64,000 nt of DNA, taken from the IMG/VR virus record IMGVR_UViG_3300021086_000003, positions 29,398 to 93,397 of that record; one strand, written 5' to 3'. The notes beneath the pieces are model-generated. The model saw only the letters and a program-made list of their open reading frames with translations. It searched no databases and was not told the DNA's origin. Positions 54,448-63,345 of the stretch are shown here, one piece after another (position 1 is the first letter of the stretch; each line of letters starts with the position of its first letter). Both the position numbers and the translations under genes were made by a program. The stretch is from a virus.

Positions 54448-54533
54448 GACGCCACTCTAGCACCCATCGGCACCCTGTAGGCGTCCAGTGGCACCACTTG
54501 GCGCGGCGTGTTGCATCCGGGGAGCGTGAGGCC

Positions 54534-55130
54534 ATGGCAATCCAGCCCCCCACCCCAGGTCATGCCAGGCCACTATGCGGCGCCAAGAAGCGGCAGGGCG
54601 ACGGCACGTGCGGGCGGCCCGCCGGCTGGGGCACCCCGCACGCTGGGGCCGGGCGGTGCAAGTTCCATGGCGGCAACACCCGCAACCACCAGAACGGCGG
54701 ACACCTCGCCCTGGTCGAGCAACAACTCCACCACGACCGCGACGCCATGGCCGCCCTACTCGGCGCCGCGGACCCGGTAGAGGACCCGCTGCGGGAATTG
54801 CAGGTACTGGCAGGCGAGGCGAAGCGATGGAAGCAACTAGTCGCCGAACGCGTGTCCGGCCTGACCAGTCTCGGTTATGCCGGCGCGGTGGGTGAGCAGG
54901 TCAAGGCTGAGGTGCAGCTGCTGGAACGCGCGATGGACCGGCTCGGGCACCTCCTCCTGGGGATCGGCCGGCTGAACATCGACGAGCGGCTGGCACGCGT
55001 GTCCGAACAACAGGCCGCGACCGTGGCATCGGCGCTGGGTGTGGTGTTGTCCGAGATGGGCCTGTCGCATGACCAGCAGCGGGAGGCGCGTTCCCGTGTC
55101 GCCCGCCACCTTCGCGTCGCTGCTAGCTGA
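54534..55130 (+). CDS. terS: Terminase small subunit
   Basis: CGAK..., RCKFHGG motif; directly upstream of terL. Confidence 0.8.
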   Translation: MAIQPPTPGHARPLCGAKKRQGDGTCGRPAGWGTPHAGAGRCKFHGGNTRNHQNGGHLALVEQQLHHDRDAMAALLGAADPVEDPLRELQVLAGEAKRWKQLVAERVSGLTSLGYAGAVGEQVKAEVQLLERAMDRLGHLLLGIGRLNIDERLARVSEQQAATVASALGVVLSEMGLSHDQQREARSRVARHLRVAAS

Positions 55131-56610
55131 CCGCCTGGACCCACCGGACCACCCGGTGTTCGACCTACTCGGCTACGTCCCCTCCCCGAAGCAGCAACTG
55201 TTCCACGCTGCCACCGAGTTCGACGTGCTTTTCGGCGGAAGCCTTGGCGGTGGCAAGACCAGAAGTCTGGTGGCAGAAGCGATCCGGGCGTGCGTGAAGT
55301 ACCCCGGCATCCGGGTTGGCGCGTTCCGGCGGACATACGGGGAGTTGAAAGAGTCCCTGATTGCCGAGTTGGCGGAGATGCAATTTGCCGTCCCGGTGGG
55401 TGCGAATTGGAACGGCACCGAGTATGAGCTCAGGTTTCCCAGCGGCAGCCTCATCATGTTCCGGTACGCCGAATCGATGGCGGACGCGACCCGCCGGCAG
55501 GGTGGCCAATACCAACTCCTGATCTTCGATGAGCGCACCCTGACCCCGCCAGATGTGGTGACCTATCTGGAGACCCGGCTGCGGTCCGGTCGCGCTGATC
55601 TGCCGGTGCTGGGCATCCGGTCATCGGCGAACCCGGGTGGCCCAGGTCACGGCGCGGTGCGGGACCGGTACATCACGGCCACCGACTACGGCCAGAAGGT
55701 GTTCATTGACAAGGTGGGCCGCACGGTGCGGTTTATCCCTTCATCGATGGATGACAACCCGCACCTGGACGAGAGCTACCACCAGCGGCTGTTGGCGCTT
55801 CCCGAGGACATGCGTCGCGCGTTGCGAGAGGGCGACTGGGGTGTTTTCTCGGGGCAGATGTTCAGAGAGCTAAACCGGGATCGGCACGTCATTGACCCGA
55901 TCACCCTGCCGGCATCGTGGCGTCGCTACAACGGGGTGGACTGGGGTTACACCGCCCCGTGGTGTGTGCTGTGGGCCGCAGTGGACGAGGACGGCCGGGT
56001 GTGGGCGTACCGGGAGATCTACCGGACCCAGGTCGGCGAAGCGGCACAGGCCCAAGCCATCCTGGACGCCGAGGGCGATGACGAACACATCGTGGCCCGG
56101 TTCGCCGACGACGCGATGTGGGCGACCCGCGGCGATGCCCGGCCCATCGCCGACGTGTACGCCGAGAACGGCGTTTACCTCACCCCGGCAGGGAAGGGTG
56201 CAGGGTCCAGGGTCATTGGGTGGCAGCGGGTCCATTCCTACCTGGGCGAGGCCCCGGCGTGCCCGCATCACCGAGCGCAGGGTTGGACGACGTGCCCGCG
56301 GATGCACATCTTCTCGACGTGCCCAAACCTGTTCCGGGAGCTACAGGACTTGCCGCACGCCACGAAGGGCAACCCCGAGGACGCCGATACGGCAGCGTCT
56401 GACCATGCTGCCGATGGGATTCGTTATTTGCTCACCAACCTGGGCACCGGGCCGGAGTTCACGGTGTTCGAGGACGACAAGCCGGCCGTGCAGGACGCGG
56501 GCACTCCGCCGCCGATGGTGATCGTGCCGCAGTACACCGACCAGTTGTGGGTCACCGACGAAGACGAGGACACCCCGCAGCGCGGGCTGGTCATTCAGTC
56601 GCCGTACTAA
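55096..56610 (+). CDS. terL: Terminase large subunit
   Basis: GGSLGGGKT, LIFDE, SANPGG.GH, GVDWG, DHAADG.RY. Confidence 0.95.
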   Translation: MSPATFASLLADRLDPPDHPVFDLLGYVPSPKQQLFHAATEFDVLFGGSLGGGKTRSLVAEAIRACVKYPGIRVGAFRRTYGELKESLIAELAEMQFAVPVGANWNGTEYELRFPSGSLIMFRYAESMADATRRQGGQYQLLIFDERTLTPPDVVTYLETRLRSGRADLPVLGIRSSANPGGPGHGAVRDRYITATDYGQKVFIDKVGRTVRFIPSSMDDNPHLDESYHQRLLALPEDMRRALREGDWGVFSGQMFRELNRDRHVIDPITLPASWRRYNGVDWGYTAPWCVLWAAVDEDGRVWAYREIYRTQVGEAAQAQAILDAEGDDEHIVARFADDAMWATRGDARPIADVYAENGVYLTPAGKGAGSRVIGWQRVHSYLGEAPACPHHRAQGWTTCPRMHIFSTCPNLFRELQDLPHATKGNPEDADTAASDHAADGIRYLLTNLGTGPEFTVFEDDKPAVQDAGTPPPMVIVPQYTDQLWVTDEDEDTPQRGLVIQSPY

Positions 56611-56620
56611 CGGGGGTGCC

Positions 56621-58225
56621 GTGGGCGCCTTCACCAACTGGCTGTTCGCCCGACCCACAGCGCCCATCTGGGAGACCGCGTCCGCGATCCCGAAAACCCC
56701 GGAACGCGCCGGGTTCGAATACGGCATCCCGCGCGAGGGCCTCAACGAATACAACACGGGTGTCGGGGCGTCCACCCAGACCGACCGGCGCAGCGCCATG
56801 CAGGAGTTGTACGAAAGCTATCTGAGTTGCCCGTGGGCATGGGCGTGCGTCAATGCGATCGCCCGCACCGTCACCGCCGGCGGTTTGGTCACGGACTGGG
56901 ACAGCGACGACGGCGAAGGCGACCAGGCCCAGCCGGACAAGCCGCCCGAGGTGTTGGCGCTGGAACGGCTGCTGACGTACATCAACCCCCGCGAGGACAT
57001 CCGGCAGTTGCTGCGCTCCACCATCAGTGACCTGCTCGTGTTCGGTGACGCGTTCATCGAAGTGGTGTGGGTCGGCTCTGTGCCGGTAGCGCTGTACACC
57101 CTGGACTGCCCGTCCACCACGCCGATCGCGGACGAGCACGGCACCGTCACCGGATATGTGCAGGTCACGGACTATGGACAGCGCGCCACGTTCGAGCCCC
57201 GCGAAGTGATCCACCTATCACTGGACGCGCCCCGCTCCGGGGTGCTGGGGGTGTCGCCGACCCAGGCAGCCCTGTTGCCGATCACGACGTGGCTGTTTTG
57301 CGAAGCCACGGTGAAAGAGACATTCCGGAAGGGGAATCCGCCGAACCTGTGGGCGGACATGCCGGCCGGGATGTCAGTGGGCGAGCAGAACCGGTGGCTG
57401 GCACAGCACGCCGCGAAGAACCTTGGGCCCCGCAACATCGGCGTGCCGGTGGTCACCAAGGGTGGCGCGAAGGTCACCGAGTTGCAGCAGGGCAAGATCC
57501 AGGAGTACCTGGCGACCCTGGACCAGTCCCGGGACATGATCCTGGCCGCCTATGGTGTGCCGCCGGCTGAGGCCACGGTGATCGAGGCCGGCAACCTGGG
57601 TGGGGGTACGGGTGAATCCCAAAGGAAAACCTTTTTAATTAATACGTGCCAGCCAATCGCCGAATTGGTGCTGGAGAAACTCAATTTTCACATCGTCAAA
57701 ATAGGGTTCGGCATCGGCGGGTGGCGTCTCAAATTCGGTGAAGTTGACATGCGGGACAGCAAAGTCATTGAGGACATCCGCGACAGCAGGTTGCGCAACG
57801 GATCCTGGACGCTGAACCGGTACCGCACCGAAATCGGCGAACCGCCCACCGAGGGTGGAGACGCCGCCGTCTTGGTCGACAGGCAGAACCTGGTGCTGTG
57901 GCGCGATATGGAGGCGTTCTCCACCGCCGGCGTGGCCTTCAAGTTGAAGGGCACCGCATTGGAGCCTGGCGAACCGGCCGCCGGAGCACCCGTCACGCTG
58001 GAGAAGCCCGAACCGGCTCCTGTACCGACTGCCCTGGCGCCGTTCGCCGGTACACCGCCACCCGAGCCGGGGCGCGAGCCGCAGGGCGGGGAACAGCCCG
58101 CCGGCAAGGAGTCCTGGCCAGAGGTGCCAGGCAGTCTCACCGAGACGTGGCAGCGCGCCTACCGGGCCCGACTGGCAGAGGCGCTCCGGGAGTTGCCGCA
58201 TGTCGGAACCGACACCGCCGCCTGA
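56621..58225 (+). CDS. Portal protein
   Basis: ACV.AIA..., L..FG.AF, V.G.SP, ILAAYGVPP, T.N..R...GEPP. Confidence 0.92.
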   Translation: MGAFTNWLFARPTAPIWETASAIPKTPERAGFEYGIPREGLNEYNTGVGASTQTDRRSAMQELYESYLSCPWAWACVNAIARTVTAGGLVTDWDSDDGEGDQAQPDKPPEVLALERLLTYINPREDIRQLLRSTISDLLVFGDAFIEVVWVGSVPVALYTLDCPSTTPIADEHGTVTGYVQVTDYGQRATFEPREVIHLSLDAPRSGVLGVSPTQAALLPITTWLFCEATVKETFRKGNPPNLWADMPAGMSVGEQNRWLAQHAAKNLGPRNIGVPVVTKGGAKVTELQQGKIQEYLATLDQSRDMILAAYGVPPAEATVIEAGNLGGGTGESQRKTFLINTCQPIAELVLEKLNFHIVKIGFGIGGWRLKFGEVDMRDSKVIEDIRDSRLRNGSWTLNRYRTEIGEPPTEGGDAAVLVDRQNLVLWRDMEAFSTAGVAFKLKGTALEPGEPAAGAPVTLEKPEPAPVPTALAPFAGTPPPEPGREPQGGEQPAGKESWPEVPGSLTETWQRAYRARLAEALRELPHVGTDTAA

Positions 58226-58328
58226 CCTACCGCCCGGCACTACGGCCGCGCTGGAACCCGACACAGTGCCGAACCGGCCGTTGCGGGCGAAGGATGTGGC
58301 GCCGTTGATCTCGAAGGAGATTGGCTGA
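58200..58328 (+). CDS. Small peptide overlapping the portal end (not in ORF track)
   Basis: RBS GGGAG; MSEPTPPPDLP...SKEIG, 42 aa. Confidence 0.5.
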   Translation: MSEPTPPPDLPPGTTAALEPDTVPNRPLRAKDVAPLISKEIG

Positions 58329-58351
58329 CCTACGTCGAACACGCCCCGTTT

Positions 58352-58391
58352 AGTAGCCGGCCTGCGGTGATGTGGTGGCAGGCCGGCTACT
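58352..58391. terminator. 14-bp inverted repeat
   Basis: AGTAGCCGGCCTGC / GCAGGCCGGCTACT. Confidence 0.55.
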
Positions 58392-58558
58392 CCCAACAGG
58401 AGATGGTGTCGCAAATACCCGAGTAGTTACTCTACTCGCTCACAGTGTTCGTGTTCGTGCGACGCGCCGGTGGCCTGTTCGAACAGAGCGGCGCTCATGC
58501 GGACGCGATCAGTGCTGTGCCGCCGTGGACCCCGCCGTGGCTGGCACGGGGGGTGGTC

Positions 58559-59575
58559 ATGCCTTCCCTGGCCGACAGCGCGCGGGCAGCGTTCGCATCC
58601 GGGTGGGCCGCCAGCGGGGGGCCGCTAACCGAGCGCGTCAAGGCCGCCGCCACCGTCGCGCAACACCTCGCCCTGGCTCACGCCGGCGGCCCGGGAGTGC
58701 TTGAGGCCACGATCCAGCTCGGTGCGCTGGAAGGCATGTGGGCCGCGATCTATGCCCGCCGGGACGTGCTGTACGCCCGGCACGACAAGGCGGTACGCGC
58801 GGCCTGGCACGACTACCTGTCCGCGGAGCTGGACGTGCCGACCCTGGTCGCTGCGGTTCGGCGAGCCGTGGGACTCACCGAGGCCACCAGCGACGACACC
58901 CAGCAGCACCGTGACCGGGAAGCATCCGTCATCGCGATTGTGCTGGCCGCGCTCACCACGCTGTTCGGCCGGGCCCGCGGACCGAAGTATCAGGCACTGC
59001 TGGACGCGATCGAGCGCGCGGTCCGGGACGGGGTCGCCGAAGGCACTGCCGGGGGGATCGCGATCGCCGCCCAGCAGGCCGGGTTCACTGCCATTGACTT
59101 CGATGCCGCGTTCCGGGATGCAGCCACCGCGGCGGGGAGTGACCAGCAGTACCAGGGTCACGCGCTGGAGTGGCTGGGGCAGATGGTGGGCGCGGTATCC
59201 CGCGACCTGGGGCGCCGCCTGCACCGCATGGCCACCGAAGACGCGACCAGTACGCAGATGGCCACCGAAACCCGGTCGTCCGGCACCGGCCGGCACGTCG
59301 CCGCCGTCGCGCTGCTGACGGACTGGGCACTGGGCCACGCGTTCACGCTGGGCGCGCTCGCCGTGTACGGACTTCTGGCTGTCGCCACCGTTGAGTGGGT
59401 CACGGTCGGCGGGGCGAAGGTGTGTTCGGCGTGTTTGTCGCTGGAGTCCGGCGGCCCATACGCGGTGTTCGGCGCGCCACAACCACCCCGTCACCCTTCG
59501 TGCCGTTGCGTCCTGGTCCCGGCCGGCCCCATTGCTTCACTGCGCATGTTCGGCCAATACCTGATCGGGGGCTGA
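58559..59575 (+). CDS. Minor head protein (MuF/gp7-like)
   Basis: C-terminal W.T.G...VC..C and PP.HP.CRC. Confidence 0.8.
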   Translation: MPSLADSARAAFASGWAASGGPLTERVKAAATVAQHLALAHAGGPGVLEATIQLGALEGMWAAIYARRDVLYARHDKAVRAAWHDYLSAELDVPTLVAAVRRAVGLTEATSDDTQQHRDREASVIAIVLAALTTLFGRARGPKYQALLDAIERAVRDGVAEGTAGGIAIAAQQAGFTAIDFDAAFRDAATAAGSDQQYQGHALEWLGQMVGAVSRDLGRRLHRMATEDATSTQMATETRSSGTGRHVAAVALLTDWALGHAFTLGALAVYGLLAVATVEWVTVGGAKVCSACLSLESGGPYAVFGAPQPPRHPSCRCVLVPAGPIASLRMFGQYLIGG

Positions 59576-59577
59576 CC

Positions 59578-60132
59578 GTGTCCTACAACCCGGTGATCAC
59601 GCTGGTGGACAACTTGGGTGTCCCGATCAGCGGCACCAACCCCCTCCCCACCAGCGGTGGTGGCGGGACATCCACGGTCGCCGGGTCGGGTACGCCTGGC
59701 ACACCGGCTGGCGGGGTCCTGACCGTGCAGGGCGTGTCCGGCGGCACCTCGCTACCGACCGCCACAGTTGGCCAGGCCGCCACCACGCTGTACTCCGAAG
59801 CCGCCGTATCCCGCACCGCTTCCGGCAACAGCGCCACCCAGACGTGGCCGGCCACCGTCACTCAGGCTTTCATCGGGGTGAGCGTCGCCACGCTGACCGG
59901 CGGCACCAGTCCCACGCTGGTGGTGTCGCTGCAACAGCAGGACGCCAACACGGTGTGGCAAACCATCGCGCAGTCGGCCACGATCACCGCTGTCGGTGCC
60001 GCGAGTTTCTCCATCGGGCCTGGCTTGACGAACGGCCAGCTGTTGACTGCTGGCGGGTCGTACCGGTTCGCGTGGACCGTGACCGGCGGCCCCGCAACCC
60101 TCACTTTCCAGGTCTCCGGGCAGGGGCGGTGA
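59578..60132 (+). CDS. Beta-rich virion accessory protein
   Basis: Thr/Gly/Ser/Val-rich; in head module. Confidence 0.65.
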   Translation: MSYNPVITLVDNLGVPISGTNPLPTSGGGGTSTVAGSGTPGTPAGGVLTVQGVSGGTSLPTATVGQAATTLYSEAAVSRTASGNSATQTWPATVTQAFIGVSVATLTGGTSPTLVVSLQQQDANTVWQTIAQSATITAVGAASFSIGPGLTNGQLLTAGGSYRFAWTVTGGPATLTFQVSGQGR

Positions 60133-60135
60133 GCC

Positions 60136-60633
60136 GTGCCTGACTCTGTGGTGGTGCGCCTGGCCGACTCGGGCGGGGCGACGTTCGCCGGTGTTGGCGC
60201 ATCGGGCGCACTGAAGATCGACGGGTCGGGTGCGACGCAACCCATCTCGGGTGCCATCACCGTGTCCGGCACGGCGAAGCTGTTCCGGGACTCTGCGGCG
60301 ACCGTCCAGGCCGCCGGTAGCGTGCTCGGGCCGACCGCTGGCGCAGCGATCGCATCCGTCACGGTCCCCGCTACTGGCCTGTACGAGGTCGTCGTCAGCC
60401 TGTACCTGTTCGGCACGGTCGCGGTAGCCGAAACCAACAACGTCCAACTGCGGCAGAACGCCACCGCCCGGCTGTCGCCGCTCATGGTCCCTGGGCTGAT
60501 CAACGTGTTCCCGGCACCGACCACCGTCGTACTGTCCTGCGCCGCTGCCGACACCGTGTCCGTCAATGCCATCGGCACGGCCACGGTCACGGCGTCCTAT
60601 GCGGCAGCGATCACCGCCCGGCAGGTCGGCTGA
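60136..60633 (+). CDS. Beta-rich virion accessory protein
   Basis: IDGSG.TQPISG; PATGLY. Confidence 0.65.
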   Translation: MPDSVVVRLADSGGATFAGVGASGALKIDGSGATQPISGAITVSGTAKLFRDSAATVQAAGSVLGPTAGAAIASVTVPATGLYEVVVSLYLFGTVAVAETNNVQLRQNATARLSPLMVPGLINVFPAPTTVVLSCAAADTVSVNAIGTATVTASYAAAITARQVG

Positions 60634-60848
60634 TGATGAAACCCCGCCGGCTGGCCGCGCCCGAAGGGGACGAGGACATCCTCGCCGAGTTCTGCGCCAT
60701 GCTGATCGACGCCCTACAGATCCCCGAAGTACGCGTCGCCCTCGCAGATTCCGTTGCGGCAGAGCAGTTCCGGCGCGACGTGTGGGCCGCCCGGAAACCC
60801 CCCGTGTCCGCGCCTGCCCGAGCTCAACCCCACCGCCGCGGCGAGTAG
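60633..60848 (+). CDS. Hypothetical protein
   Basis: 71 aa. Confidence 0.6.
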   Translation: MMKPRRLAAPEGDEDILAEFCAMLIDALQIPEVRVALADSVAAEQFRRDVWAARKPPVSAPARAQPHRRGE

Positions 60849-60883
60849 CCCGCCCCCCTTCACCGCTTTGAAAGGCGTCCATC

Positions 60884-61414
60884 GTGGCCAAGAACGTCAT
60901 CGGCACCCTCTACGACGACAACGGTGTCGCAGTCGCGACGACCGCGACCGGCCGCACCAGTGCCGGCGTGTCCGCCTCCCCCCAGTTCACCGCGCTGGTC
61001 GTGGCCGGACAGGCCGACCCGGCGAACGCGCTCGCCGCGAACGCAGTGATCCCGGTGGCCGCGCAGATCTACAACGGCGCCACATTCGACCTCCCCCAGG
61101 GTTCCGGGGGCGTGGCGTTCACCAGCGCTGGCGGCAAGACAACCGCGGTGGTCGCGTCGGGCACCAACTCCGACACTGTGATCAAGGCGTCGGCGGGCCG
61201 GCTTGCCCGGATCTCCGTCACGTCAGCGGCCGGCACCACGACCGGCACAACCCCGATCTACGACAACGCCTCCGGGCACACCGGCACGATCTTGGTGGTC
61301 GTGCCGAACAACACCGCTATCGGCACGATGATCGACGTGAACATGCCGGCCGCGCTCGGGATCACCGTCAACGGCGGCGCCAACTCGCCCGGCATGACCA
61401 TCAGCTTCATCTGA
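60884..61414 (+). CDS. Beta-rich virion accessory protein
   Basis: IKASAGRL....V, IYDNAS pattern. Confidence 0.7.
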   Translation: MAKNVIGTLYDDNGVAVATTATGRTSAGVSASPQFTALVVAGQADPANALAANAVIPVAAQIYNGATFDLPQGSGGVAFTSAGGKTTAVVASGTNSDTVIKASAGRLARISVTSAAGTTTGTTPIYDNASGHTGTILVVVPNNTAIGTMIDVNMPAALGITVNGGANSPGMTISFI

Positions 61415-61470
61415 TCCACCGGGCCCCCTTTCTGCCGTGTGACTACGAAGCGGGAGACGGGGGGTGTGTC

Positions 61471-63225
61471 TTGGCTCGATCGATTGCTGTCGTGCACGGC
61501 ACCGCCATCACCCCCGGCGTGTCCCGCAACGGGCGCCTGTACACGGCGGAGCACATTCGGTCCGCCGTCGGCCGGGCGCAGCCACGGATAGCCGCCGGGG
61601 ACCTGCCCATGGTGCAGCGAACACATCACGCCGCCGAGGACGACTCCACCGCCATCGTCGGCCGGCTCACGTCGATGACCGTCGCTGATGACGGATCAGC
61701 TCGCTACACCGCCGAACTTGCCGACACCCCCGCCGGGCACGGCATCCTCAATCTGATCGACACCAGCGACCACCAGCCCCCGTTTCTCAAGGGCGTGTCG
61801 ATCCGCGGCGCATGGCTCGGGAAGGTTCGGCAGGTTACGCACGAAGGACGCATGGCGGAGACCGGGGACGACCTGGACATCGACGGCCTGGACTACACCC
61901 AACGCCCCGGCGTGCCGGGCGCCACGGTTGATCGAGTGGAGCGACTCGGCAGCACCACGTCCCGAGAAACCGACACCGGCCGCATGGTGATCTTCGAATC
62001 TGTGCAGGAGGCACGCGTCGACATGCCCGAACCTGCCGAGGTCGAAGAGAAGGGCGCGCCCGCGCTAAAGTCTGGCAAACCAGCCGCTGCTCCGACACCT
62101 GGTGCGAGCAACTACGCGGACCCCGGCTACCAGGACGACCGGGCGAAACGGTACCCACTCGACACGGTCGCACACTCCAAATCCGCATGGTCATACATCA
62201 ACCAGGCCAAGAACGCCAAGGCGTACACGGCGCCGCAACTCAAGCGGATCAAGGGCCGAATCAAGGCCGCATTGAAGAAGTTCGGCGTCAAGGTCACTGA
62301 TGAGGGCTGGCTGGTCGAACCGGCCGCCCTGGTCACCGAAACTGCGGGCCTGGTCGAAGACTACTACGACACCCCGGGTTCGTCTGGCGGCGGCTCGCTC
62401 CAGGTCGTCCTGACCAACGGGCCGACCACCGTCACCCTGTCCTCCTATTGTGTCGACCCAGCCGACCTCGAGGTCGTAGGCCACGCGGCGATGGCAGGTG
62501 CAGTCGCCGCGATCACCGGGCTCGACCCGGACCTGGACGGCGACGTTGACGTGCCCGGCGACGCCGAGACCGCCGACGACAGCATGGAATCCGCTCCCAC
62601 CTCCCGCGAACTGGCGGAGGCCGACGACTCCGGGGCCATCCCCGGTTCCGATCCACCGGCGCCCGGACCGGCCGCCGACCACACCCCAGAGGAGGAGCCG
62701 GACGTGTCCGAGCCCACCACCCAGGCGGTCGAGCCGCAGGCCGCGACCGCGCTCACCCAGCCCGCCGAACCGGCCGCGACTGCCCCCGTGTCCGCGGCGC
62801 CGGTCCAGCCAGCCGCGCCTGCTGGCGTGCACTTCAGTGACGCCCAGTTCGACACGCTGATGGCCGCGCTGCGGCAGCCAGCCACTGTTGGCGCGGCACC
62901 CGAGACTGCACCGCCCGCGCCCGAGCCGGTCGCGGAAACCCAGGAGCAGATGATTGCCCGCCTCATCAGCGAAGGCGTGAAGGCCGCACTGCCGGCCGCA
63001 GTGATCGAAGCGGTGCAGACCACTGGCGGCCCGACCCGCAAGGGCTTGGTGCAGCCGGTCACCGAAACAGCCGCAGTCGACCAGGACACCGACCTCACCG
63101 ACCAGGGTGTCCCGGCGGACTGGCCGCAGAAGCCGCTGCACAAGTACACCGCTGAGGAGCGCGCCCGGTTCGTGGCGCCCGCTCTGCAACAGCACGTTCT
63201 GGGCAGCCGCGAAAACTCCCGCTGA
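61471..63225 (+). CDS. Capsid maturation protease / scaffold fusion
   Basis: SRNGRLY, THH, GVSIRG, GLD....PG.PGA; middle ADPGY..KRYPLD domain; acidic Pro/Ala-rich tail. Confidence 0.82.
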   Translation: MARSIAVVHGTAITPGVSRNGRLYTAEHIRSAVGRAQPRIAAGDLPMVQRTHHAAEDDSTAIVGRLTSMTVADDGSARYTAELADTPAGHGILNLIDTSDHQPPFLKGVSIRGAWLGKVRQVTHEGRMAETGDDLDIDGLDYTQRPGVPGATVDRVERLGSTTSRETDTGRMVIFESVQEARVDMPEPAEVEEKGAPALKSGKPAAAPTPGASNYADPGYQDDRAKRYPLDTVAHSKSAWSYINQAKNAKAYTAPQLKRIKGRIKAALKKFGVKVTDEGWLVEPAALVTETAGLVEDYYDTPGSSGGGSLQVVLTNGPTTVTLSSYCVDPADLEVVGHAAMAGAVAAITGLDPDLDGDVDVPGDAETADDSMESAPTSRELAEADDSGAIPGSDPPAPGPAADHTPEEEPDVSEPTTQAVEPQAATALTQPAEPAATAPVSAAPVQPAAPAGVHFSDAQFDTLMAALRQPATVGAAPETAPPAPEPVAETQEQMIARLISEGVKAALPAAVIEAVQTTGGPTRKGLVQPVTETAAVDQDTDLTDQGVPADWPQKPLHKYTAEERARFVAPALQQHVLGSRENSR

Positions 63226-63254
63226 CCCGGCTGGACAGTTCTCCACACGCTTTT

Positions 63255-63345
63255 GACCGCCACCACGGACCTGTTTCCGTGGTGGTGCCTTTCGGCAGTG
63301 ATGGTCGCTCAACCCGACCCTTTAACTCACGCCGAAAGGTCACCT
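63255..63345 (+). promoter_or_regulatory. Structured leader of the capsid gene
   Basis: CCTTTCGGC (63288-63296) complements GCCGAAAGG (63331-63339), which holds the RBS. Confidence 0.5.

Noticed and set aside
58440-58490. GTGTTC repeats and CTGTTCGAACAG as an SOS box
   Set aside because: No GAAC-N4-GTTC arrangement; a short palindrome only
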